DNA of 64,000 nt from an uncultured virus (IMG/VR IMGVR_UViG_3300028888_003544). Taxonomy: Duplodnaviria > Heunggongvirae > Uroviricota > Caudoviricetes. Every line of letters starts with the position of its first letter. Position 1 is the stretch's first letter. A model generated the notes under the pieces. The model made no database searches. It was given only the letters and a program-made list of their open reading frames with translations, and had not been told where the DNA came from. Both the position numbers and the translations under genes were made by a program. Positions 20,218 through 28,100 of this stretch are shown here, piece by piece. The stretch lies in IMG/VR virus record IMGVR_UViG_3300028888_003544; one strand, 5' to 3'.

Positions 20218-22482
20218 TTATCCATTCAGCAACTTCGTTACTTCTGCAGGATTAAGTGCCCACTCGTATGTGTATGCTTCATCTGCTTCCTCAGCATTCT
20301 CTACTGAAGTCAGGCTTTGAGCCTTGGCCTTCATATCAAGTAGTTCACCGATAGAGAGCTTCGACTCCAGCTTGTGGAGCAGTGCCTCGATGGACTCGCT
20401 GTTAACCCCTCTCATTGTCTGCGCAGTGAATGGCATTTCGAGCCAGATGATTTCGCGCTTTGCCACATCAAGCACACCGAATACCAGACCCTTGGAGAGG
20501 TTGCCCTCGCTAATACGAACCATGTGCTGTACACAAGACGGGTCATAGGCCACACCCTTCTCCTCAGAGATTTTCATCGGATTGGCAGAATCCATCCATC
20601 CTACTACCAGATTAGGAGAAAGAGCACCTGTGGAATAGGCATTGCAGGTGAAGGTGACATATACAGCACCAGCAGCCTCCAGCTCAGGCAGCGACAGTTC
20701 AATGTACTCAGCAGTACCAACCATTTCAGGGATGGAACGGATATCGCCAGAGTGCTTGGCACCTACACAAGTCAGATTGTAGTAGGCGCACTCTGCAATT
20801 TGGCAGTTCGGCAGTGTAACACGAGCGCTCAAGTCCATATCGAGGTGCTGCGCATGCAAGCCCTTACCCCACTGGAGGAAAAGGCGGACGGCATCACCCT
20901 CCACAGGAAATCGGGTTCCCATCAGGGCACAAGATGCATCCTGAATGGTTGCCGAACGATCGCCCACGCTGACAGGTATATTGTACAGAGCGGGATCGAT
21001 GAAGATGGTCTTCGCCTCTGTCTGCTGGATAGCAAAGCGTCTTGCCATCGAGGCCTTATAGAGGTCGTTTACGGCTCCTGTCATCGCCTTGCGGGCTTCA
21101 TCATCATAGAGAGCCAACAGCTTGTTAGGCTCAATCTGATGGGTAACACCAGTGATGGGTCTGGCCAGACGCACCTCCTTGGGGTCGAAGTATGCCTCTG
21201 CAGCATTGCCGAGTGAGAGCAGCAGACGGGCTGGCATTTTGTCGGCAACCTCCTCAAAGGCAGCCAGCACCTTGTCGCTACCGAAGCGGAGCATGGATGC
21301 GAACAGGCAACGAGCGAAGAGACCTGGACGTTCCTTCAGCAATGCCAGCGTCATGTCGGCATCGTTCTCAGAACGAGCCTTGTCAACACGGCCTTGCCAA
21401 GTGGAATAATCCTGCTTGTAGAACACATCGAGAATCTCTGCCAGATGGTCAAAGCCATTCTTACGGGAGTATTCACCCAGACGGAGGGCACGGATCATGC
21501 GAACCCACATACCACGCTTGGGATTCATATTCTCAGCTGCCTGTCTTGCAGTCATAGGAATGGCGTTCAGCCACAATGCCACACGCAGACATGCCTTGCG
21601 GTCGTACTTCAGCATCAGCTTCTTCTTCATATCCTTTGCTGCATCAGCACCTCTGTCGAGTGGCCCCCACATGTGGAAGTACAGCTTACGGGCATGGGCT
21701 ACAAGAGTCTTTGGCTCAATAATCTGCACATAGCCGGTCTTCTCGTACCAGAGGTAACGGAGCACGTCGGTAGGAGTCTTCAGCAACTTTGATGCCTCGT
21801 CTGCCTTATCCTGTTCCACCAACAACTTAATGACGAGCATAGCAGTTTCCTTCATGGTGATGTTGGCATCCTCGGGAAGAGAGAACTCACGAAGCAGTTG
21901 CTCCAATGAGTCTTTCTGAGTCCCAGCAAGAGGAGTGGACGATGCCAAAAGAGAAGTGAACACATGCTTCATGTCCTCTATGGTGAACAGACGCAGTTCT
22001 TTCAACTTGCTGGCCTGTCCCTTATAGACAAAATCGGCAGTCTCAAACGGTGTGCCACAGAACGGGCAACCATTGTAGCGCTCAATGGGGAAAGTCCCTT
22101 CAGGAATAAGGTGACCGCAAGGAAGTGTCGTTCCCTTGAAACCTGCCTCCTTACCAAAGATGTTGGCAATCCAGGTAATCAGATGGTCAGCAAGGCTCTC
22201 ACCCGTTGACACATTCCATCCCTTGACGAGTGGTGCCCAATTGAGCTTCACACCCATCACGTCGTTGATACACTCTGTAATTTCTGCAAGTCTGTCTGTG
22301 GGAACTACATTCAGAGCGTGAAGAAGTTCCTCACTGACGCAGAAACCATTCTCCTTTAACCTGGCCGCGAATGCCATCACTGGCACAGAAGCCTCGGACT
22401 TCATGTTGATGTTCTCACGATTAATGTCGAGGAACACTGCACGGTAGCGCAAAGCTACTCTTGTCAAAGTCTTGTTACTCAT
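20218..22482 (-). CDS. Prok-RING_4 / ROT(TROVE)-like repeats / TerD-like protein
   Basis: LPCGHLI...RYNGCPFCG RING; TPTDVLR; C-terminal LDMDLS...HSGDIR...AEYI TerD-like region. Confidence 0.75.
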   Translation of the reverse strand: MSNKTLTRVALRYRAVFLDINRENINMKSEASVPVMAFAARLKENGFCVSEELLHALNVVPTDRLAEITECINDVMGVKLNWAPLVKGWNVSTGESLADHLITWIANIFGKEAGFKGTTLPCGHLIPEGTFPIERYNGCPFCGTPFETADFVYKGQASKLKELRLFTIEDMKHVFTSLLASSTPLAGTQKDSLEQLLREFSLPEDANITMKETAMLVIKLLVEQDKADEASKLLKTPTDVLRYLWYEKTGYVQIIEPKTLVAHARKLYFHMWGPLDRGADAAKDMKKKLMLKYDRKACLRVALWLNAIPMTARQAAENMNPKRGMWVRMIRALRLGEYSRKNGFDHLAEILDVFYKQDYSTWQGRVDKARSENDADMTLALLKERPGLFARCLFASMLRFGSDKVLAAFEEVADKMPARLLLSLGNAAEAYFDPKEVRLARPITGVTHQIEPNKLLALYDDEARKAMTGAVNDLYKASMARRFAIQQTEAKTIFIDPALYNIPVSVGDRSATIQDASCALMGTRFPVEGDAVRLFLQWGKGLHAQHLDMDLSARVTLPNCQIAECAYYNLTCVGAKHSGDIRSIPEMVGTAEYIELSLPELEAAGAVYVTFTCNAYSTGALSPNLVVGWMDSANPMKISEEKGVAYDPSCVQHMVRISEGNLSKGLVFGVLDVAKREIIWLEMPFTAQTMRGVNSESIEALLHKLESKLSIGELLDMKAKAQSLTSVENAEEADEAYTYEWALNPAEVTKLLNG

Positions 22483-22498
22483 AACGTCTTTAATTTAA

Positions 22499-22560
22499 AA
22501 GGTAATTGACTGACAGGAACAGAACCACAATCTATTTTGAAGTATGTCAGCCTTGACCTT
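22499..22560 (-). ncRNA. Y-RNA-like hairpin, copy 2
   Basis: AAGGUCAAGG-CUGACA-UACUUC...UGUCAG-UCAAUUACCUU; covaries with the copy at 22701. Confidence 0.6.
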
Positions 22561-22576
22561 GTTAATAATGTTCTTG

Positions 22577-22697
22577 AGCTGCGAGCAGGACTCGAACCTG
22601 CGACCCATAGTCTAACAGAAATGAAGTATGTGGTGATTGGTCCTTCTCAGGAAATGTCGTCACAAACCTATTGTTCTACCAACTGAACTATCGCAGC
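22577..22697 (-). ncRNA. tRNA-like RNA with an expanded anticodon arm
   Basis: Acceptor GCTGCGA/TCGCAGC, D arm GTTC-AGTTGGTA-GAAC, T arm GCAGG-TTCGAGT-CCTGC; about 55-nt insert containing CATACTTCA in place of the anticodon loop. Confidence 0.75.
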
Positions 22698-22700
22698 ATA

Positions 22701-22778
22701 AAGAGAGGTAATTGAACAGCTAATTGGAGCCTCTTTAGCATAAGATCGAAGAAGTAAGCTGTCCTTGACCTTCTCTTT
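22701..22778 (-). ncRNA. Y-RNA-like hairpin, copy 1
   Basis: AAGGUCAAGG-ACAGCU-UACUUC...AGCUGU-UCAAUUACCU. Confidence 0.6.
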
Positions 22779-22782
22779 TATT

Positions 22783-22875
22783 TGAGCGGCGGGCTGGAAT
22801 CGAACCAGCAGTAACCATTAGGTGTAAGCAAACGTTTGGGCCATCACTTAGGCAATTGCGAAGCTTACCGCCGCT
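22783..22875 (-). ncRNA. tRNA-like RNA with acceptor and T arm but no canonical D or anticodon arm
   Basis: GCGGCGG/CCGCCGC acceptor, GCTGG-TTCGATT-CCAGC T arm, same T-C-A 3' end as the 22577 element. Confidence 0.65.
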
Positions 22876-22882
22876 ACCGTTT

Positions 22883-24055
22883 TTATCCTTTGATAACAGC
22901 CACCGGCAGGAGTCGGGTCTTAACCTTTACCAGGTCTGCCTCGTTGGCTATTACCTCCTCAATGTCCTTATAGGCTCCAGATGCCTCCTGCATATCTTCC
23001 TGAGAGCGTATGGCATGAACGATGCCCTTTGCTTCAAGTTGAGCCACTTCCTGCTGTAGATTCAGCGTTTTGATGGCCATTGAACGGGATAGGACACGAC
23101 CAGCTCCATGAGAGCATGAGCAGAATGAGTCTGGATTACCAAGACCTTCTACGATATACGATGCCGTACCCTGTGAGCCAGGGATAATACCGATGACTCC
23201 TTCGCGGGCAAGTGTCGCTCCCTTGCGGTGTACGATGACATCGTGACCGAAGTGGTGCTCTACTGCTGCATAGTTGTGAGCAATGTTTATCATCGGTTCA
23301 AACTCTATGCCAGGCAGTGAGTCTGCAAGAATCTCCTCGATACGCTCCATCATGAGCTTCCTGTTGCAGAGAGCGAAGTCTATACAGTACCTCATCTCTC
23401 TCCAGTACATCTCAAACTCCTTGCTACCTCTGGCGAGGAAAGGCAGATGTATGTCAGGCGATACATTTGAATACCATCGCGCATTGAGGGTTGCTGCGAT
23501 CTTGTTGTAGTAATCACCGACCTGCTTCCCGAGGTTGCGTGAACCAGAGTGAATCATGATCCAGAGCGTTCCCTCTTCGTCCTTTTGCAACTCAATGAAG
23601 TGGTTGCCGCCTCCTAACGTTCCGACTTCGTGAAGGATAGAGACCTGACGACGCTTAACTACTTCGAACCTGTCGAGGTCATAGCCTTCAGGCAGGTACT
23701 TCTCATCCTGAGCCTCCTTGTGGTGATCCATTCCCAAAGGGATGCGCTCACGGATTCCCTTCATGATTTGCTTGCGAAGAACCTCTACGGGTATCTCGCT
23801 TACCTTCCAGTTAGTCTTCACGGCACACATTCCGCACCCGATATCTACACCTACTGCGTTGGGAATTACTGCGTCCGTACATGCAAGCACACCACCGATA
23901 GGCATTCCCATACCAGCATGCACGTCGGGCATGATGGCCAGGTGATGGAAGAGGAAGGGCAGCGTGGTCAGGTTTTCAATCTGACGCATAGCAGAGTCTT
24001 CCACATTGTCCGTCCAAATCTTGACAGGGCGGTTGTTGATCATCTTTACTTCCAT
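22883..24055 (-). CDS. rtcB: RtcB RNA ligase
   Basis: PDVHAG, GVDIGCG, GTLGGGNHFIE, HSGSR, HNYA, HRKGAT, SHGAGR. Confidence 0.95.
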   Translation of the reverse strand: MEVKMINNRPVKIWTDNVEDSAMRQIENLTTLPFLFHHLAIMPDVHAGMGMPIGGVLACTDAVIPNAVGVDIGCGMCAVKTNWKVSEIPVEVLRKQIMKGIRERIPLGMDHHKEAQDEKYLPEGYDLDRFEVVKRRQVSILHEVGTLGGGNHFIELQKDEEGTLWIMIHSGSRNLGKQVGDYYNKIAATLNARWYSNVSPDIHLPFLARGSKEFEMYWREMRYCIDFALCNRKLMMERIEEILADSLPGIEFEPMINIAHNYAAVEHHFGHDVIVHRKGATLAREGVIGIIPGSQGTASYIVEGLGNPDSFCSCSHGAGRVLSRSMAIKTLNLQQEVAQLEAKGIVHAIRSQEDMQEASGAYKDIEEVIANEADLVKVKTRLLPVAVIKG

Positions 24056-24152
24056 TGTCTTTTCTCTTTTAATTGTTACACATCTTAAATAATAATAGTG
24101 GTGCCTCGTAGCTCATCTTCAATACGTATCCAGTTTCTTCTGAATCGCACTG

Positions 24153-24190
24153 CAAAATTAAATATATACTACGCAATCTTTCTGCGTAGT
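24153..24190 (-). promoter_or_regulatory. rtcB promoter with perfect palindromic operator ACTACGCA-N7-TGCGTAGT
   Basis: Operator at 24168-24190, 7 bp upstream of TAATTTTG (24160-24153). Confidence 0.8.
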
Positions 24191-24236
24191 TGGAAAAAAG
24201 TTATGAAAATCAGCAAAAAAAGTGCAAATTTTTAGT

Positions 24237-24274
24237 TCTGCGCAAATAGGTTGCGTAGTTTTTTCGTATCTTTG
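24237..24274 (+). promoter_or_regulatory. WYL gene promoter with operator TCTGCGCA-N7-TGCGTAGT
   Basis: Operator 7 bp upstream of TATCTTTG (24267-24274). Confidence 0.75.
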
Positions 24275-24301
24275 TGCCAACATAAGCAAAAAACGTGGAT
24301 T

Positions 24302-25327
24302 ATGCCTGCAAACAAGAATGCGTTGATTCGCTACAAAACCATTGATAATTGTCTTCGCAACCGCTATCGCCGGTGGACGCTCGAAGACCTGGTTGATGCC
24401 TGTTCGGATGCCCTCTATGATATGGAGGGAATCAACAAGGGAGTCTCTGTGCGAACCGTCCAGGGTGATATACAGATGATGCGTTCTGACAAACTTGGCT
24501 ATAATGCTCCTATCGAGGTCTATGACCACAAGTATTACCGTTATGCTGACAAAAACTATTCCATCATGGATATGCCGATGTCGCAGAACGACTACGACGT
24601 GATGCAGGAGGCCGTTGACATGCTTCGTCAGTTAGAAGACTTCGACCAGTTCTCTGAAATGTCGGATGTGGTCAGCCGTTTGCAGGATAAGTTAGCCATC
24701 AGCAGGCATAACCGCAAGCCTATCATCCATTTTGACAGTGTGCCGAATCTGGAAGGTATCCGTCTGCTTAACCCACTTTATAACTATATTGCTCATCAGC
24801 AGACGCTGCGCATCATGTACCAGTCATTCAATGCGAGAAAACCAACGGAGTTTATCCTCTGCCCGTATCTGCTGAAGGAGTTCCGAAACCGTTGGTTCCT
24901 GTTCGGTTCAAAGGCCGATGACCTGAAGCTTTTCAATCTACCTCTTGACCGAATCAAGAGTGTTGAGCCTGTGGAAGTCCCTTATCGTGAGAATCCCGAT
25001 TTCGACTCAGAACACTTCTTCGACGATGTAATAGGGGTTAGCAAGAATATCAATAACAAACCGCGATGTATCAGGTTCTGGGCGAATCGGGAGCAAAGCC
25101 ACTATATCAAGACGAAGCCCATTCATCGATCTCAGCAGGTGGTTAGCGAGAATCCGGAGGATGGAAGCTGTATCTTCCAGATAGACGTCGTCATCAACTT
25201 TGAGATGTATTCGGTCTTTATGTCTTATGGCTCTGGCATTAGGATAATCTATCCCAGAAATGCTGTCATGTACATGCGGGATAAATTCAAGGAGGCACTG
25301 GACTTATATGATGCAGCTAACGAATAA
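24302..25327 (+). CDS. wHTH-WYL-WCX transcriptional regulator
   Basis: VSVRTVQGDIQMMR HTH; PYLLKEFRNRWFL, LDRI WYL motifs; divergent from rtcB. Confidence 0.9.
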   Translation: MPANKNALIRYKTIDNCLRNRYRRWTLEDLVDACSDALYDMEGINKGVSVRTVQGDIQMMRSDKLGYNAPIEVYDHKYYRYADKNYSIMDMPMSQNDYDVMQEAVDMLRQLEDFDQFSEMSDVVSRLQDKLAISRHNRKPIIHFDSVPNLEGIRLLNPLYNYIAHQQTLRIMYQSFNARKPTEFILCPYLLKEFRNRWFLFGSKADDLKLFNLPLDRIKSVEPVEVPYRENPDFDSEHFFDDVIGVSKNINNKPRCIRFWANREQSHYIKTKPIHRSQQVVSENPEDGSCIFQIDVVINFEMYSVFMSYGSGIRIIYPRNAVMYMRDKFKEALDLYDAANE

Positions 25328-25383
25328 CGAGATTTTATATGATATAATAGTGGCCAAAGTGTTAAAAACGAAACTTTTTCAGA

Positions 25384-25421
25384 ACTACGCAAAAAGATTT
25401 CGTTCTTTATTTGTACCTTTG
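25384..25421 (+). promoter_or_regulatory. Promoter with operator ACTACGCA-N7-TTCGTTCT
   Basis: 7 bp upstream of TACCTTTG (25414-25421). Confidence 0.65.
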
Positions 25422-25450
25422 CAGCCGAATTTAAAAGAATCCTACAAGGA

Positions 25451-25600
25451 ATGAGACTATTTGTACATACACAGCCGACATTCGTTCAGAGCTATCGACG
25501 CTTTGAACGGAATGCTTATGTGCAGCAATTTTGCACACCAGCAGTCGGTGTAGGATTCCCACGACATCAAGAGCATAGTTATTGCTATCGGGCATCGTAA
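25451..25600 (+). CDS. Putative 49-aa leader peptide
   Basis: MRLFVHTQPTFVQSYRRFERNAYVQQFCTPAVGVGFPRHQEHSYCYRAS* between promoter and terminator (hand translation). Confidence 0.5.
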   Translation: MRLFVHTQPTFVQSYRRFERNAYVQQFCTPAVGVGFPRHQEHSYCYRAS

Positions 25601-25630
25601 GAGAGCCATAGATAGGAGAAAGAGCAACTG

Positions 25631-25677
25631 ATAGTTGGCAATCCGAACCGCAGAGAGGATTTCCAACTATTTTTTTT
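25631..25677 (+). terminator. Attenuator-like intrinsic terminator
   Basis: ATAGTTGG-C-AATCC / GGATT-T-CCAACTAT plus T-run, 25 nt before the ATG at 25703. Confidence 0.75.
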
Positions 25678-25702
25678 CACGCATTAAAATGAACATACAA
25701 CT

Positions 25703-26116
25703 ATGCCTGCGAATAAGAATGCCTTGATAAGGTACAAAACGATAAACAACTGTTTGAGAAACAGATACAGAAGATGGACGCTTGACGACCTCGTAGATGC
25801 CTGCTGCGATGCGCTCTACGACATGGAGGGCATCACCAAGGGTGTTTGCTCCAGGACTGTACAGATGGATATACAGATTATGAGGTCTGACAAACTGGGC
25901 TACAACGCTCCAATAGAGGTGTACGACAGGATATACTACAGATACGCCGATCCTAACTACTCCATTACTGAGATGCCTTTGTCTGTTGATGACTGCAAGC
26001 TAATAAAAGAGGCTATCGCTTTGCTTGGGAAGAAAGAAGATGCAGATAAGGCAAGAACTTTGAAAGTATTAAAGAAGGTTGAGAACAGGCTCGTATCTAT
26101 TCTGAACTTCGCATAA
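25703..26116 (+). CDS. Truncated WYL-regulator paralogue (wHTH only)
   Basis: First ~95 aa nearly identical to the 24302 protein; stops before the WYL domain. Confidence 0.8.
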   Translation: MPANKNALIRYKTINNCLRNRYRRWTLDDLVDACCDALYDMEGITKGVCSRTVQMDIQIMRSDKLGYNAPIEVYDRIYYRYADPNYSITEMPLSVDDCKLIKEAIALLGKKEDADKARTLKVLKKVENRLVSILNFA

Positions 26117-26117
26117 G

Positions 26118-26160
26118 AAAGGTTTCTTTTCAAGTTGTATTCTTGGGAAGAAGCCTTTTT
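26118..26160. terminator. Probable bidirectional terminator
   Basis: AAAGGTTTCTTTTCAAG/CTTGGGAAGAAGCCTTT hairpin between convergent units. Confidence 0.65.
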
Positions 26161-26161
26161 G

Positions 26162-26234
26162 TCTGGATAGCGAGACTCGAACTCACTCCACAAACTCCCA
26201 AAGTTCGGATGCTACCATTAAACACCATATCCAG
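26162..26234 (-). tRNA. tRNA-Pro(TGG)
   Basis: Cloverleaf; CGAAC-TTTGGGA-GTTTG; C1:G72, A73. Confidence 0.85.
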
Positions 26235-26243
26235 TTTATAATG

Positions 26244-26316
26244 TAGTCGGTACGAGGATCGAACTCGTGTGGACAGATTGAAAATCTGTAATCCTGACCT
26301 ATTAGATGAACCGACC
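26244..26316 (-). tRNA. tRNA-Glu(TTC)
   Basis: ACAGA-TTTTCAA-TCTGT; T arm ACGAG-TTCGATC-CTCGT. Confidence 0.85.
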
Positions 26317-26322
26317 TCCTTG

Positions 26323-26396
26323 GGAGTTTGACAGGATTCGAACCTGCGTAAACAAGAGCCACAACCTTGCGCCTGAACCTCTCGGCCACAAACTCC
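26323..26396 (-). tRNA. tRNA-His(GTG)
   Basis: CAAGG-TTGTGGC-TCTTG; G-1:C73. Confidence 0.85.
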
Positions 26397-26402
26397 ATAT
26401 AG

Positions 26403-26473
26403 TTGCCCCAGAAGGATTCGAACCTTCACTAGCAGAGCCAAAACCTGCTGTGCTGCCGTTATACCATAGGGCT
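26403..26473 (-). tRNA. tRNA-Gln(TTG)
   Basis: GCAGG-TTTTGGC-TCTGC; unpaired 1:72. Confidence 0.85.
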
Positions 26474-26481
26474 GTCAATCG

Positions 26482-26563
26482 TTGGGGTGGTAGGACTCGA
26501 ACCTACGAAGCCAAAAGGCGGCAGATTTACAGTCTGCTCTCGTTGCCGCTGGAGAACACCCCA
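26482..26563 (-). tRNA. tRNA-Tyr(GTA)
   Basis: GCAGA-CTGTAAA-TCTGC; long variable arm. Confidence 0.85.
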
Positions 26564-26571
26564 ATATTGAG

Positions 26572-26644
26572 TGGAGCCTCGTGGAGTTGAACCACGTTCT
26601 CAGGATTTTCAGTCCTGCGCATACACCAAGTCTGCCAAAGCTCC
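26572..26644 (-). tRNA. tRNA-Phe(GAA)
   Basis: CAGGA-CTGAAAA-TCCTG. Confidence 0.85.
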
Positions 26645-26652
26645 CTGACTTG

Positions 26653-26724
26653 TTGCCCCAGATGGATTCGAACCACCACCTCCAGATCCAGAATCTGACG
26701 TGCTAACCATTACACCATAGGGCA
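26653..26724 (-). tRNA. tRNA-Gln(CTG)
   Basis: TCAGA-TTCTGGA-TCTGG. Confidence 0.85.
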
Positions 26725-26731
26725 GTAACTG

Positions 26732-26806
26732 TGACTCGTGAGAGACTCGAACTCCCGACCCTGACGTTCGTAGCGTCATGCTCTAATCCAACTGAGCTAA
26801 CGAGCC
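26732..26806 (-). tRNA. tRNA-Arg(ACG)
   Basis: TGACG-CTACGAA-CGTCA. Confidence 0.9.
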
Positions 26807-26834
26807 TATTTTGCTTCCTTAATGATTTCGTGTG

Positions 26835-26872
26835 CAAAGGTACAATAGCCAAATGAAGCCTTTTTTCGTAGC
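26835..26872 (-). promoter_or_regulatory. tRNA-array promoter with degenerate operator GCTACGAA-N7-TTCATTTG
   Basis: Site 26872-26850, 7 bp upstream of TACCTTTG (26842-26835). Confidence 0.6.
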
Positions 26873-27050
26873 AAAGAAAAAAAGCTCATTTCAATGAAAA
26901 TTTTCTTTTTTTATAACAAAAGTTCTGTCCTTTCCTTCCCCCTACCAACGACCTTGCTTGCCCCTTCCTACGACCTTGCTACAAAAATGGCAAAATAGTC
27001 CCCTTGGCAAGTAAAAATACTTGTCAAAGAATCAGGATGTCATCAGATAG

Positions 27051-28097
27051 TTAATTGAGAATACCCTTGTTACGCTTGGGCTTGTGACGGATGTCCATGT
27101 CGGCCATGCCAGTTGGCATCGAGCCATTGGCAACACCTTGTTCGCCACCAATCAGGCCCCAGTAGAACACTTCGGCAGCAGCCTTGTCGTCAGCGGCTGT
27201 TACAATGTCGTTGGCCAATTTGTCGCCCATCAGCGACTTCTTGGCGGCCTGATAGACCATTTTTGCATTATCACGCGAACTGATCATACCCTTGCGGTTC
27301 ACGTTCTTGCCAGGCATCATCATGGCAAACAATCCCGTCATAAACACACCGAAGGCCGTCTCTTCTTTCTCACGGCAGAAGCGCAGCGTATCGCCAGTGG
27401 CCAGCTTTTCCACCACATCGACAAAGTTCCTTCGCAACTCTGCCACGTGCTCCTCGCCTTTGGCGCATTCCTCGTCGCTCACATACATCCGCTTCGGCTT
27501 CTTCGTCCAAGGCATTGGCCCGTCGGCCTCACGCAGTCTGGTACGCTCTGCGCTGACATTCAGTACCGTCTCGTGACGATTCATGGCATTCACAAAACGG
27601 AGGTTCTTGCGTTCGTCCTTGCCCAGCCACTTCATCAAGTCCTTGGCCGGGGTATTAAAGAAATATAGTCCGAACAGCGTTGCGTAGGCAGTCTGCAGGA
27701 TGTCCTCTTCCCACTCTTCGTAGGGAACATTATCGGGCCACTCAAAACTTTCGTCAAGCCCCTTCTCCACGGCATTCTTCGCCGGAGTGCGGAAGCGAAT
27801 GAGCTCGAGCAGATTGATATCTGGATCTTTCTTGTAAAGCTCGATGGGGTTCTTGAACTCCTCATTGGAGGGCGTTTCAAGTTCTTCGGCGAAACGGCTC
27901 AGGCACCAAGAGATAAACCTGAAGAGATTGTTTTCACCGTCGGGTTTGGTACATTGTTCAGCCAATATGTGATACTCGCTAATCATGTGTATCAATACGA
28001 ATGTAATTCTTGCTTCGCGGTCGCTAATCTTCGCGGCTGCATTTACCTGGCGCTTCATTTCAGCCAGTACATCTTTATTTTGATAGTCCTTAATCAT
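27051..28097 (-). CDS. Hypothetical protein
   Basis: 348 aa, 3 bp downstream of the ATPase. Confidence 0.75.
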   Translation of the reverse strand: MIKDYQNKDVLAEMKRQVNAAAKISDREARITFVLIHMISEYHILAEQCTKPDGENNLFRFISWCLSRFAEELETPSNEEFKNPIELYKKDPDINLLELIRFRTPAKNAVEKGLDESFEWPDNVPYEEWEEDILQTAYATLFGLYFFNTPAKDLMKWLGKDERKNLRFVNAMNRHETVLNVSAERTRLREADGPMPWTKKPKRMYVSDEECAKGEEHVAELRRNFVDVVEKLATGDTLRFCREKEETAFGVFMTGLFAMMMPGKNVNRKGMISSRDNAKMVYQAAKKSLMGDKLANDIVTAADDKAAAEVFYWGLIGGEQGVANGSMPTGMADMDIRHKPKRNKGILN

Positions 28098-28100
28098 ACT

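Noticed and set aside
22577..22697. Functional or intron-containing tRNA
   Set aside because: Insert is far too short for a group I intron, and no clear BHB motif or reconstitutable anticodon loop is visible; treated as a tRNA mimic
22783..22875. tmRNA
   Set aside because: Only about 90 nt, with no G3:U70 pair and no tag ORF
25457..25666. 69-aa minus-strand ORF in the leader region
   Set aside because: Promoter and terminator polarity favour the plus-strand 49-aa ORF
25957..26590. Short ORFs over the tRNA array
   Set aside because: They overlap well-formed tRNA genes
26945..26982. ACGACCTTGCT direct repeat x2
   Set aside because: Only two copies and no context to assign a role
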